A DNA stretch of 33,174 bases from a bacterium UBA6025 (GTDB lineage: Bacteria > Patescibacteriota > Saccharimonadia > Saccharimonadales > Saccharimonadaceae): NCBI GenBank assembly GCA_002429375.1, contig DIZP01000036.1, forward strand, positions 1 to 33,174, read 5' to 3'. Made by a program: the position numbers and the translations under genes. Every line of letters begins with the position of its first letter. Position 1 is the stretch's first letter. Below the pieces are notes generated by a model. It was not told where the DNA came from, made no database searches, and saw only the letters and a list, made by a program, of their open reading frames with translations. Shown here piece after piece: positions 1-10,898 of this stretch.

Positions 1-186
1 TCTTTGCTCCACAGCGTCAAATCTGGCGTGACCGGCATCTGGCAAGTCTCAGGCCGCAGCGAATTATCGTTTGAAGAGCGGATCGAACTCGAGCTCTTCT
101 ATGCCCAAAACTGGACCTTCTGGTTGGATATCAAAATCCTGTTCAAGACCATCGGCGTCGTTTTACGTAAGCGGGGAGCTAAATAA
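1..186 (+). CDS. C-terminal part of a polyprenyl-phosphate sugar phosphotransferase (Bac_transf, WcaJ/WbaP family), truncated by the window edge
   Basis: Motifs GVTGIWQVSGRSEL and Y..NWTFWLDIKIL.KT are typical of the Bac_transf C-terminus. Confidence 0.9.
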   Translation, partial: SLLHSVKSGVTGIWQVSGRSELSFEERIELELFYAQNWTFWLDIKILFKTIGVVLRKRGAK

Positions 187-226
187 ATTTGGAATTAATT
201 AACGCATTAATAGTGGGGTTATCAAA

Positions 227-1387
227 ATGAACTTGCCATCTGCCAAAAGCCATCTTCCAAAAGCCAAACAATCACCCCGCGTGGCGATTGTCGCCGATTG
301 GCTCACCAATATGGGTGGTGCCGAAAATGTCGTGCTGGCGCTGCACGAAGCGTTCCCCGATGCGCCAATCTATACCAGCGTCTATACGCCCGAAACGATG
401 CCGGCGTTCGAAGACCTCGACGTTCGGACGACCCACCTGCAGAACTTATCAGCGCCACTCAGAAAGTTTCACAAGTTTTTTCCAATGTTACGAGTGCGTG
501 CCTTTCGGAAGCTCGACTTATCCGAGTTCGACATCATCATCAGCAGCTCCAGTGCCGAGGCCAAACAGGTACGCAAGACTCGTCCTGACCAGGTTCATAT
601 CTGTTACTGCCACACCCCCATCCGCTATTATTGGAGCCACTACGCCGAATATAAAAAAGATCCCGGCTTTGGTAAACTCAATTGGCTGGTTCGCCTGATA
701 ATGCCTTTAATGATACCGAGCCTCAAAAAAGCCGATTACGCCGCCGCGCAAAAAGTCGATATCTTCATCGCCAACAGTTCCGAAGTTCAAAAACGAATCA
801 AGCAGTACTACAAACGAGCCTCGACGGTCATTCACCCGCCAGTTGACGTCAACCGATTCGAACCCGCCCGCGCCCGTGGCGAATACTACGTGGCCTTAGG
901 CCGTCAGGTACCGTACAAGCGCATCGACCTGGCAGTTGCCGCCGCAACCCAACTGGGCATTCAACTGCGCGTCTATGGCAACGGCAGCGAACACAAACAC
1001 CTGGTGGCTATGGCTGGCCCCACCGTACGATTTTTTACCGATCGTTTTGGTGACGCCTCCGACATCGCCGTGGCCACCGCCCTCAGCCGGGCCAAGGGTT
1101 ATCTCTTTCCAGCCGAAGAAGACTTTGGCATCGTTCAGGTCGAGGCACTGGCGGCCGGCGCTCCCGTTATCGCCTACGCCAAGGGCGGCACGCTCGATAT
1201 CATCCAAGACGACGAAAGCGGGGTGTTGTTCAGGCACCAAACCGTCGCCTCACTGGTGGCGGCGATTAAAAAAGCCGAGGCGGCAACGTTCCTGCCCGGA
1301 ACGTTGCGCCGCAAGGCCAAACGGTTCGACAAAGGCCTGTTCATTACCAAAATCCATAAGATTGTCAGCGATCAACTGACCGACTAA
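227..1387 (+). CDS. Glycosyltransferase family 4 (GT-B fold)
   Basis: DWLTNMGGAE, CYCHTPIRY, YKRIDLAV and EDFGIVQVEALAAGAPVI motifs. Confidence 0.9.
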   Translation: MNLPSAKSHLPKAKQSPRVAIVADWLTNMGGAENVVLALHEAFPDAPIYTSVYTPETMPAFEDLDVRTTHLQNLSAPLRKFHKFFPMLRVRAFRKLDLSEFDIIISSSSAEAKQVRKTRPDQVHICYCHTPIRYYWSHYAEYKKDPGFGKLNWLVRLIMPLMIPSLKKADYAAAQKVDIFIANSSEVQKRIKQYYKRASTVIHPPVDVNRFEPARARGEYYVALGRQVPYKRIDLAVAAATQLGIQLRVYGNGSEHKHLVAMAGPTVRFFTDRFGDASDIAVATALSRAKGYLFPAEEDFGIVQVEALAAGAPVIAYAKGGTLDIIQDDESGVLFRHQTVASLVAAIKKAEAATFLPGTLRRKAKRFDKGLFITKIHKIVSDQLTD

Positions 1388-1454
1388 CCGGCCGACAGCA
1401 CCCTACTCTACTCAACTTAACTTAAGGAATCACGTTTACACTGAGACAAAGTTT

Positions 1455-2957
1455 ATGACCAATAAAATTACACAGCGGATATCTAGCATCCTAGGCTCCA
1501 AGAAATTCTTCGCAGCCTTCATAATTCTGTTTGCCGTCCAGGCCCTCTGGATGGCCATCAACGTCCAGTATCCGATGGCCTTTGACGAGAGCTACCACTT
1601 CGGCATCATCCAGATCTATTCTCACCAATGGTCGCCGTTCATCTCGACGCTTTCCGAGCACTACTCCAGCGGTTACGGTGATCTGACCCGCTACGACTCC
1701 TACCTGTACCATTACCTGATGAGCTTTCCGCTTCGTTTGATCGCTCTGTTTACCGATGTCCAGGTCGTTCAGATTATTTTACTTCGCCTGGTCAACATTG
1801 CCATATTTATCACTGGCCTGTTCATGTTCCGGCGCCTGTTTCGCCAAGTCCACATCTCCGATCGCCTGACCAATTTCGCACTGCTGGCGCTGACCCTGAT
1901 TCCAACTGTCCCGTTTCTGGCGGCTACCATCAACTACGATAACTTGGTCTTTTTGATGGTAGCGGTAGTCACGAGCCTGGCGATTACCTGTAGTAACGCC
2001 ATAACTAAACACAGACGACTCCCGGCCACCAGTTTCCTGCTGTTACTGACTCTCGGCAGCCTGGCCACCCTGGTCAAGTACGCCTTTGCACCCGTTATTG
2101 CCGCCATCATGATATATCTTCTAGTTCTCGTTATTCGAACGCCTTCCAAAGCCGGCCTGTGGCTCAGCCTAGTCGGCTCTTTCAAGTCGCTAGACCGCGG
2201 CCTCCAGGTAGGCCTAGTAGTCGCAGTCCTGCTGGGCGGAGGTCTGTTCGTCGAACGATATGGTGTCAATCTGGTCCAATACCACAGCCTGGCGCCAGAT
2301 TGCAGCGACGTCCAAGAGCTACCAAGCTGCCTCCAGTATGGCCCATGGGGGCGGAACTACCAGCTGGCAACCAACGTCAAAGCCAATAACCCGCCACTTG
2401 ACCCTCCCATCGCCAAATTCCCGCAGGTCTGGACGGGTGACATGTTATACCGGCTGTATTTTGCCATCGATCGAAATTTTAAGGAGTACCCGCCTCTTCT
2501 GATCCCGGTCCTAGTGGCTGGGGTGGTCGGACTGAGTGGTGTCGTGCTTAGTCTGGTATATTGGCGCTCCATCCTGGCTACCGACCGGCACCTGTTGCTG
2601 TTCATGGCCATCGCCGGACTATACCTGCTCAGCCTCCTCTATGACAACTTTTCTGAGTACCTCCAATACCATACCTTGGTGGCCGTCAACGGCCGCTACG
2701 CCATAGTCATTCTACCGCTGGTTTTAGTCTGGCTGGGTCTGGCCTACCGGCGGTTTTTTACCACCATCTTCAAAGTCCAGACCAAAGTGGCCGTACCGCT
2801 GGCCTCGGCGCTACTGATTTTGCTACTTCTCCAAGGCGGCGGCGTGGCCGACTTCCTAGTCAACAGCCAGACCAGTGATTATTGGGACAATCAGACGGTG
2901 GTCGATATTAACCTAGGACTCCAAAAAGCGGCCACGCCATTCGTACTGGGCCGGTAG
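1455..2957 (+). CDS. Multi-pass membrane protein, probable GT-C fold glycosyltransferase (DUF2142/PMT-like)
   Basis: FDESYH loop after TM1, INYDNL motif, late GRY motif and many hydrophobic helices; lies next to a polyprenol-phosphate GT2. Confidence 0.6.
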   Translation: MTNKITQRISSILGSKKFFAAFIILFAVQALWMAINVQYPMAFDESYHFGIIQIYSHQWSPFISTLSEHYSSGYGDLTRYDSYLYHYLMSFPLRLIALFTDVQVVQIILLRLVNIAIFITGLFMFRRLFRQVHISDRLTNFALLALTLIPTVPFLAATINYDNLVFLMVAVVTSLAITCSNAITKHRRLPATSFLLLLTLGSLATLVKYAFAPVIAAIMIYLLVLVIRTPSKAGLWLSLVGSFKSLDRGLQVGLVVAVLLGGGLFVERYGVNLVQYHSLAPDCSDVQELPSCLQYGPWGRNYQLATNVKANNPPLDPPIAKFPQVWTGDMLYRLYFAIDRNFKEYPPLLIPVLVAGVVGLSGVVLSLVYWRSILATDRHLLLFMAIAGLYLLSLLYDNFSEYLQYHTLVAVNGRYAIVILPLVLVWLGLAYRRFFTTIFKVQTKVAVPLASALLILLLLQGGGVADFLVNSQTSDYWDNQTVVDINLGLQKAATPFVLGR

Positions 2958-3007
2958 CCATGGCGCCGACCTATAACCTCGAGGTGTTATACTAGAAACC
3001 AGATTTT

Positions 3008-3949
3008 ATGAAAGTATTTGTCCAAATCCCCTGCCTAAATGAAGAAGACACCCTGGAGTCAGTTGTTAAGTCGATTCCAGCCAAGATCAAACACGTCGAT
3101 GAGGTCGTAATCTTGATAATCGACGACGGCTCGAGCGATGGCACCCTCAAGGTCGCTAAGCGGCTGGGTGTCAAGGATTTCGTGATCCATACCCGTAACA
3201 TGGGGCTGGCCCGGTCATTTCGCGACGGCGTCGACTACGCCCTGTCCCACGGTGCCGATATCGTCGTCAACACCGACGGCGACAACCAATACCCCCAAGC
3301 CCGCATCGCCGACCTAGTCCAGCCGATTATCGCCGGCCAAGCCGATATTGTCATCGGCGATCGGCAAGTCTACCAAATCGCCCATTTTTCACCATTTAAA
3401 AAACTGATGCAACGGTTCGGTAGCTTCATCGTTAACAAAGCCGCCGGTACCAACGTGCCCGATGCCGCCAGCGGCTTCCGGGCCTACTCCCGCCAATCGC
3501 TGTATCGCCTGAATATCGTCACCCAGTTCAGTTATTGCATGGAGACGATTATTCAAGCTGGCAACAAGGGCCTACGATTGTCGAGCGTGGCGATTGAAAC
3601 CAATCCCAAAACCCGTGAATCGCGCCTATTTAAAAATACCGCCCAACACATTATGAAGTCAGCCGAAGCCATTATCCGCAGCTATCTGATGTACAAACCT
3701 TACATCGCTTTCAATGCCCTCGGTATTTTGTTCGCCATTGCCGGTGTCATCCCGTTTATTAACTTCGGTTTAGCTGTGCTGCGCGGTGACTCTGATGGCC
3801 ACGTCCAGTCGCTGGTGTTCGGCTCGGCCATGCTGGTCGGCGCGCTGCTGTCGTTCGCCCTGCTCATCATCTCTGACCTGCTCCGCATCAACCGTACCTT
3901 AATCGAAGATCAGACCGAGCGCCTAAGGGAAATCCAATATAAAAAGTAA
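3008..3949 (+). CDS. Glycosyltransferase family 2, polyprenol-phosphate glycosyltransferase (DPM synthase-like) with two C-terminal TM helices
   Basis: IPCLNEE, IDDGSSDGT, NTDGDNQY and DAASGFRAYSR motifs. Confidence 0.88.
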   Translation: MKVFVQIPCLNEEDTLESVVKSIPAKIKHVDEVVILIIDDGSSDGTLKVAKRLGVKDFVIHTRNMGLARSFRDGVDYALSHGADIVVNTDGDNQYPQARIADLVQPIIAGQADIVIGDRQVYQIAHFSPFKKLMQRFGSFIVNKAAGTNVPDAASGFRAYSRQSLYRLNIVTQFSYCMETIIQAGNKGLRLSSVAIETNPKTRESRLFKNTAQHIMKSAEAIIRSYLMYKPYIAFNALGILFAIAGVIPFINFGLAVLRGDSDGHVQSLVFGSAMLVGALLSFALLIISDLLRINRTLIEDQTERLREIQYKK

Positions 3950-3959
3950 GCGATAATCT

Positions 3960-4883
3960 ATGTCACAAACTTTTTTACCAAAACTTACCACCGTCGCCCA
4001 AACCGTATCGCGCTCACCGCTAGTTCGATTAGTGCGACGCCATAAACGCTTGTTGGCCAGCTTAATTATTTTGGCCTTTTTTATATTTATTGGCTACTAC
4101 TTGATAGCCAACCCCCAAATTATCCAAAACATCCTCCATATCGGCTACGCCAATACTATATCAATCATCGGTGGATACACAGCGGTTTTGCTAACCAACG
4201 TCGGTATTATGTACGCCACCATCCGCTTATGTAAGAAAAAATTGCCACTTAAAAGCGGCACCCTCTTGATGATCTATTCCAGCGTCATCAATTTCTTCGG
4301 ACCGCTCCAAAGTGGGCCAGGTGTGCGAGCAGTTTATTTAAAGGCCAAGACCGGCTTGCGGATCCGTGATTTTACCTATGCTATGTTGTTTTACTACTTC
4401 TCGTTTGCAGCCCTTAACACCTCGCTATTATTTGTTAATACTATGCCGTGGCTGAGCCTACTTGGCGTTGTCCTGGCGATTGCCATGCTGGCAGCTGGGA
4501 CTTATAAATTCGCCTCTAGTTTTCTTAAAAAATATATCATCTATATCTTTGCGCTGTCGGCTGTTCAAATTGTATTTCTGATTGGTATCTACGCGGTCGA
4601 GCTAGGCGCCGTTAACCCAGCGGTCCACTATAGCCTAGCCCAAATAGCGGCTTTCACGGCCAGCGCCAACCTGTCGTTGTTTGTCTCGCTCACACCGGGG
4701 GCAATTGGTATTCGTGAAGCTTTCCTGATTTTCTCACAGTCGCTCCACCACATACCGCTCAGTGCCATCGTAGCCGTCGGTATCGTCGATCGGGCAATCT
4801 ATGTGGTCTTTTTGGCTCTGCTGTTCGTGCTGTCTAGCAGCCTCCATCTACGCGATATGTTTATTGGTAAGCAACAGCTCTAG
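3960..4883 (+). CDS. Lysylphosphatidylglycerol-synthase TM / UPF0104-type putative flippase
   Basis: N.F.P..SG..VRA.YL and TPGAIGIRE motifs, hydrophobic throughout. Confidence 0.7.
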   Translation: MSQTFLPKLTTVAQTVSRSPLVRLVRRHKRLLASLIILAFFIFIGYYLIANPQIIQNILHIGYANTISIIGGYTAVLLTNVGIMYATIRLCKKKLPLKSGTLLMIYSSVINFFGPLQSGPGVRAVYLKAKTGLRIRDFTYAMLFYYFSFAALNTSLLFVNTMPWLSLLGVVLAIAMLAAGTYKFASSFLKKYIIYIFALSAVQIVFLIGIYAVELGAVNPAVHYSLAQIAAFTASANLSLFVSLTPGAIGIREAFLIFSQSLHHIPLSAIVAVGIVDRAIYVVFLALLFVLSSSLHLRDMFIGKQQL

Positions 4884-5927
4884 CTGCTCTACTAAAACTT
4901 TATTTGAAAGTTTATCTTGGTATAGTTGTTCGCCAGCCTGGCCAATCTTGGCAAGCTCAGCTGGGTGCTGTTGGGCCCATATAACGGCGTCCGCCAAGGC
5001 TTGCGGATTGGCCCGTTCGACAATCAGGGCATCCTGTTTGTCTGTCCACAGGCCAGATTCTAAATTGTGCCCTATAATAACTGGTCGGCCCATCCGCATA
5101 TACTGATAGGTTTTGCCGCCAATCACAAACTGGGCCTGGACACTGTCGCCAAACGGACCGGCCAAACAGACGTCGGATACCTGCATATAATCTCGCAGTT
5201 CTTCGATTGGGACCCACTTTTTGTGCACGATTGCGACCCCATCGTGTTGGGCTTGCTCGATAATAGATTTTGCCTTGTCTTTTCCACCGACCAAGGTCAG
5301 CCTGATGTCCTGGTCTTTCAACAGGCGCATCGCCGCGATGATGGTATCCAGTCCCTGGAGCGGTGTCATCATGAGGCCGTAATAAAAAACGTTAAATGGC
5401 CGCGATGTTCGCGTTTTTAGCGCAGGCGACAGACCGAATGTTTTCTCGTCGGTACTGACAATTAACGGAACGTACTTATCGAGCGGCAACCTCATCAGTT
5501 CGGCCGAATATCGAGCGTGTGAAGCCGAATCGGTGACAATCAGATTGGTTGATTTAAGCCAAAATCGATAGATATTGTGCAAGATTTTAGCCGCCATATT
5601 GTCAGGATTCAATTTGTGATGTTCGTACACCACCCATTCAATCAGGTTAATAAACTCGTCAAAAATAAGCGGCTTACCCAACGTTGCCAAGCGGACGAAC
5701 GGCAGCATCTCGTAGCCCCGAAAGGTCAAAAAGTATAGATCTGGACGCTGCCGAATACGAGCGACCAGCAGCTTCCACATTACCTCCGGATAGCGCAATA
5801 GTCCCTTGTGCCGATTCTTGATAATGATCAACTCGACCCCATCAATGGCTCCAAAGGCCGTCCGCAGCGTCTTAGCCCGAATGTAATCAGGTTGGTTGTA
5901 GCAGGTTATTAAACAGATTTTTTTCAC
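4848..5927 (-). CDS. Glycosyltransferase family 4-like
   Basis: FYYG..TPLQGLDTII and GKTYQYMRMGRPVI motifs; GTG start; 36-nt convergent overlap with the upstream gene. Confidence 0.8.
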   Translation of the reverse strand: MKKICLITCYNQPDYIRAKTLRTAFGAIDGVELIIIKNRHKGLLRYPEVMWKLLVARIRQRPDLYFLTFRGYEMLPFVRLATLGKPLIFDEFINLIEWVVYEHHKLNPDNMAAKILHNIYRFWLKSTNLIVTDSASHARYSAELMRLPLDKYVPLIVSTDEKTFGLSPALKTRTSRPFNVFYYGLMMTPLQGLDTIIAAMRLLKDQDIRLTLVGGKDKAKSIIEQAQHDGVAIVHKKWVPIEELRDYMQVSDVCLAGPFGDSVQAQFVIGGKTYQYMRMGRPVIIGHNLESGLWTDKQDALIVERANPQALADAVIWAQQHPAELAKIGQAGEQLYQDKLSNKVLVEQLELLLTNKHIA

Positions 5928-5935
5928 TTAAAACT

Positions 5936-6014
5936 ATTATACTTTATCTCCACATTACACCTACTATCTACCCTCTACTACTTTCCACCTACCAAATCCC
6001 ACTCATGCTATAAT
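5936..6014. promoter_or_regulatory. Divergent -10 promoters for the GT4 gene (-) and the pilin gene (+)
   Basis: TATAAT on the minus strand at 5936-5941, 8 nt before GTG 5927; TGCTATAAT at 6006-6014, 9 nt before ATG 6024. Confidence 0.55.
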
Positions 6015-6023
6015 TTAATAACT

Positions 6024-6770
6024 ATGTGGGCGAAACAAAAAGGATTTACGATTGTCGAACTTCTAATTGTTATTGTCGTGATTGGCATCTTGGCGGCAAT
6101 CAGTATCGTCGCCTACAACGGCATCCAGCAGCGTGCTCAAACAGCGACGCTCATGTCGGATCTCGACAACGCCGCAAAGCAGCTTAAAATTGACCAGACG
6201 ATTAACATGATCTACCCGGCAACCGTTGCCGCCGCTAATAGCGGTCAGGGTCTCAAGGCAAGCCAGGGTGTTACTTACCGTTACAGTGTCGATAACATCA
6301 GCACGCCACACACCTTTTGTCTGGCGGCGCTCTACGGGTCTTCGATCATCTATTCGATTACAGAATCGGGTGCCCCTAACCCGGGCAGTTGTGTTAATCT
6401 CGCCTATGGTGCCAGCTCGCCAAGCGCTCTCCTCACCGACGGTAACACCGCAACGAATCCATACTACAGCCTAGGTGTTGGGCTTCAATCAGTCACCGTT
6501 GACCTTGGCTCGATCCAAGACGTCTCTATGATTAAGATTTGGCACTACTATTCAGATGGCCGCACCTACTTCGCCACCAAAACTGAAGTCAGTACCGATA
6601 ATATTAGCTGGTCGACGGTTTATGACAGCGCGGTATCTGGCACCTACGCAGAAAACTCGACTGGAAAAACCCACAACTTCTCAATGACAAAAGTTCGCTA
6701 CGTCCGTGACTGGTTAAATGGCTCGACTAGTAATACCGGCAATCACTGGGTTGAAATTCAAGCCTACTAA
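6024..6770 (+). CDS. Type IV pilin-like protein with a C-terminal discoidin (F5/8 type C)-like domain
   Basis: Prepilin cleavage/methylation motif KG|FTIVELLIVIVVIGILAAI; C-terminal VTVDLG...VSTDNISW...RYVR...WVEIQAY. Confidence 0.85.
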   Translation: MWAKQKGFTIVELLIVIVVIGILAAISIVAYNGIQQRAQTATLMSDLDNAAKQLKIDQTINMIYPATVAAANSGQGLKASQGVTYRYSVDNISTPHTFCLAALYGSSIIYSITESGAPNPGSCVNLAYGASSPSALLTDGNTATNPYYSLGVGLQSVTVDLGSIQDVSMIKIWHYYSDGRTYFATKTEVSTDNISWSTVYDSAVSGTYAENSTGKTHNFSMTKVRYVRDWLNGSTSNTGNHWVEIQAY

Positions 6771-6829
6771 CTACTCTGCGCCGCACAACCGGCCTACTTC
6801 CACAATATTCCACCTACCAACTCTGTAAT

Positions 6830-8650
6830 TTATTCGACCGTCACGCTCTTGGCAAGATTCCGTGGCTGATCAACGTCGTTACCCCGATTCACGGCTACGT
6901 AGTAGGCAAACAGCTGCTGGACGACGTTAATGACGATTGGCGCCAAAAGGATCAGCTTGGTATCGATCCGCAGGACCGACTCGGCCTCGATATCCTTGCC
7001 ACTATTGGTAATAGCCAGGACGTGACCGCCACGGGCATTGACCTCGGATAGGGCACTCAGGCTTTTGTCGAACAACCAGTTATCCAGTAATAAGGCAACT
7101 TCAAAGAAGCTGTCGTCAACCAGCGCAATTGGACCATGCTTCAGTTCACCGGCGGCATAGCCTTCAGCTTGGATATACGAGATTTCCTTTAGCTTCAATG
7201 CGCCTTCGAGCGCGACAGGAAAGAGTGTGTCACGTCCAAAGTAAAGGGCATGGTTGTAATGGGCGTACTTCTTGGCAACTTCTGCAATTTGGTCTTTATA
7301 GTTGGCAATCACCGCTTCAATTTCATCGGGCAGTTGGTCTAATTCTTCGATGTAGCTGGCGGTGTCTTGCACTCCTACTCCCTTTGCCTGAGCTACCTGA
7401 ATACCAAACATGACCATGGCCGCCACTTGTGAGGTAAAGGCCTTAGTAGAGGCGACAGATATCTCTGGACCGGCATGAACGTAGACTCCACCATCGACTT
7501 CACGGGCGATTGTCGAACCAACGGCGTTAATGATACCCAGCGTCTTGACACCGCGCCGCTTAATCTCACGCAGACAAGCCAAGGTATCGGCCGTTTCACC
7601 GGACTGAGAAACTACCAAGACGACGGTATTTTTAGGCAGATGGAATGAACGGTAGCGAAGTTCCGAAGCCGTGGCGACGTCAATCGTTAGTCCGTCAACC
7701 AGTTGCTCTAGGTAGTACGAGCTCAGAAGCCCGGCGTAATAAGCCGTGCCACAGCCAATGATTGTGACGTGTTCGATTTCTCTAAGTTCCTCGGTACTTA
7801 AATTCAAACCGCCCAATTTGATCAGTTTATCCTTTACGTTAACCCGCCCGCTAAGGGTTGAACGTAATGTTTGGGGTTGTTCGCTAATTTCTTTCAACAA
7901 GAAATGGTCGTAACCTTGTTTTTGAATGGCTTGCATGTCGACTTCAATTGTTTCGACACGGGCCGAAATCGGTTGGGCGCTCATATCCTGCAGCTCAACA
8001 CCGTCGCGTCGGCAAACGGCAATTTCACCATCGTTCAAGTAAATCGCCTGGTCAGTATGACCGACTAGCGCCGAGGCGTCACTGGCAATAATCGTCTCGT
8101 CGTCATTGACGCCGATAATCAGCGGGCTACCCATACGGGCCACGATAATTACGTCCGGCTCACGGGTTGATACGACCGCGATCCCATAAGTGCCGACGAC
8201 AAGCTTGAGGGCCTGGGTGACCGCATCAACTAACAACGTGTCCTTGTCGTACAGAGAATCGACCAAGGCCGCCAAGACCTCAGTGTCGGTTTGACTAATA
8301 AAACTATGGTCCTTCAGCTCGGCCTTTAACTCTTTATAATTCTCGATAATACCGTTGTGAACCAGGTATATATCGCCTGCTTTATGAGGATGGGCATTCG
8401 TCTCAGATGGCTCACCGTGTGTCGCCCATCTGGTATGACCAATACCAACCGTGTCTTTATTCTCGTGCGATGAAACCAATTTGTCTAATTCATTGACTTT
8501 GCCTTTTGCCCGCAACAACGTTGCCTGGTTATTATCCCCTAGCGTCACGATGCCAGCCGAGTCATAGCCGCGATACTCCAACCGTCGCAGACCACTCGTT
8601 AAAACACTTTGCGCTTCACGTTCACCGATGTATCCGACGATTCCACACAC
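6830..8650 (-). CDS. glmS: Glutamine--fructose-6-phosphate aminotransferase (isomerizing)
   Basis: N-terminal MCGIVG, LEYRGYDSAG, GHTRWATHG, SQSGETADT and C-terminal PRNLAKSVTVE. Confidence 0.98.
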   Translation of the reverse strand: MCGIVGYIGEREAQSVLTSGLRRLEYRGYDSAGIVTLGDNNQATLLRAKGKVNELDKLVSSHENKDTVGIGHTRWATHGEPSETNAHPHKAGDIYLVHNGIIENYKELKAELKDHSFISQTDTEVLAALVDSLYDKDTLLVDAVTQALKLVVGTYGIAVVSTREPDVIIVARMGSPLIIGVNDDETIIASDASALVGHTDQAIYLNDGEIAVCRRDGVELQDMSAQPISARVETIEVDMQAIQKQGYDHFLLKEISEQPQTLRSTLSGRVNVKDKLIKLGGLNLSTEELREIEHVTIIGCGTAYYAGLLSSYYLEQLVDGLTIDVATASELRYRSFHLPKNTVVLVVSQSGETADTLACLREIKRRGVKTLGIINAVGSTIAREVDGGVYVHAGPEISVASTKAFTSQVAAMVMFGIQVAQAKGVGVQDTASYIEELDQLPDEIEAVIANYKDQIAEVAKKYAHYNHALYFGRDTLFPVALEGALKLKEISYIQAEGYAAGELKHGPIALVDDSFFEVALLLDNWLFDKSLSALSEVNARGGHVLAITNSGKDIEAESVLRIDTKLILLAPIVINVVQQLFAYYVAVNRGNDVDQPRNLAKSVTVE

Positions 8651-8684
8651 ACTGCACTCCCTAAACTGTTATGTTAGTAAAAAT

Positions 8685-9134
8685 TTATTTCTTATGACCG
8701 AGCGCTTGATTGATTCGAGTTGACGAGTCGGCCTTTACGATACCACGAATGTCAGTGCCAACTCCGAAAACCATCTTGATATTATATTCTTTACATACCT
8801 CAGTTTCCGGTATCGCTTTCTCCGAGTCCCTGTCTCCACCATTGGCAAATATAAGTTCTTCGTCTGGATATTTTTTAGCAATCAGCTTTAGTGTTTCTAT
8901 AACCGGAGGATCCTGATCCACTGCTATCATGACTTCGTCAACATATTTCAGGGCAGTTACTAGTCGGGCTCGGTTCTGCTGGCTCAAAATGATTTTGTCT
9001 TTTTTCAAGACCTGCTGAACGTCATTATTAACCACCACGATTAGTCGATTGCCAAGTTTGGCGGCGGCTTCAACCATATCCAGATGACCGCCATGCAGTG
9101 GATTGAAGAAGCCACTAATTATTACTGTTTTCAT
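8685..9134 (-). CDS. Cytidylyltransferase-family protein (TagD/RfaE-II/RibL-like)
   Basis: SGFFNPLHGGH (HxGH), FANGGDR and SSTRI motifs; GGAG RBS upstream. Confidence 0.82.
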   Translation of the reverse strand: MKTVIISGFFNPLHGGHLDMVEAAAKLGNRLIVVVNNDVQQVLKKDKIILSQQNRARLVTALKYVDEVMIAVDQDPPVIETLKLIAKKYPDEELIFANGGDRDSEKAIPETEVCKEYNIKMVFGVGTDIRGIVKADSSTRINQALGHKK

Positions 9135-9156
9135 CGAAAGCTCCTATATTATTTAT

Positions 9157-9264
9157 CTAATCTACACAACGGCATACAGGATAGCGACGGACCGTCGGAC
9201 ACTCTAGGGTCAAAAGTGGCCAGAGACGAGTTCCAGACCCGCCAGCAATAATTACTGTAATCAT
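9157..9264 (-). pseudogene. 35-codon remnant of a sugar-1-phosphate nucleotidyltransferase (ManC/RmlA-type N-terminus)
   Basis: Manual translation MITVIIAGGSGTRLWPLLTLECPTVRRYPVCRCVD*; the first 17 aa match the family signature, then similarity is lost; TATAAT lies 6 nt upstream. Confidence 0.75.
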
Positions 9265-9319
9265 TGTTCCATTATACGGTACATACCCAGCCCTCGGCTA
9301 CTTATGGTTAAATAAGGCT

Positions 9320-10897
<1,578 letters not shown>

Positions 10898-10898
<1 letters not shown>

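Noticed and set aside
8651..9319. glmS ribozyme upstream of glmS
   Set aside because: No AGCGCC...GACGAGG core was found on the minus strand; the space is taken by a CDS and the nucleotidyltransferase stub
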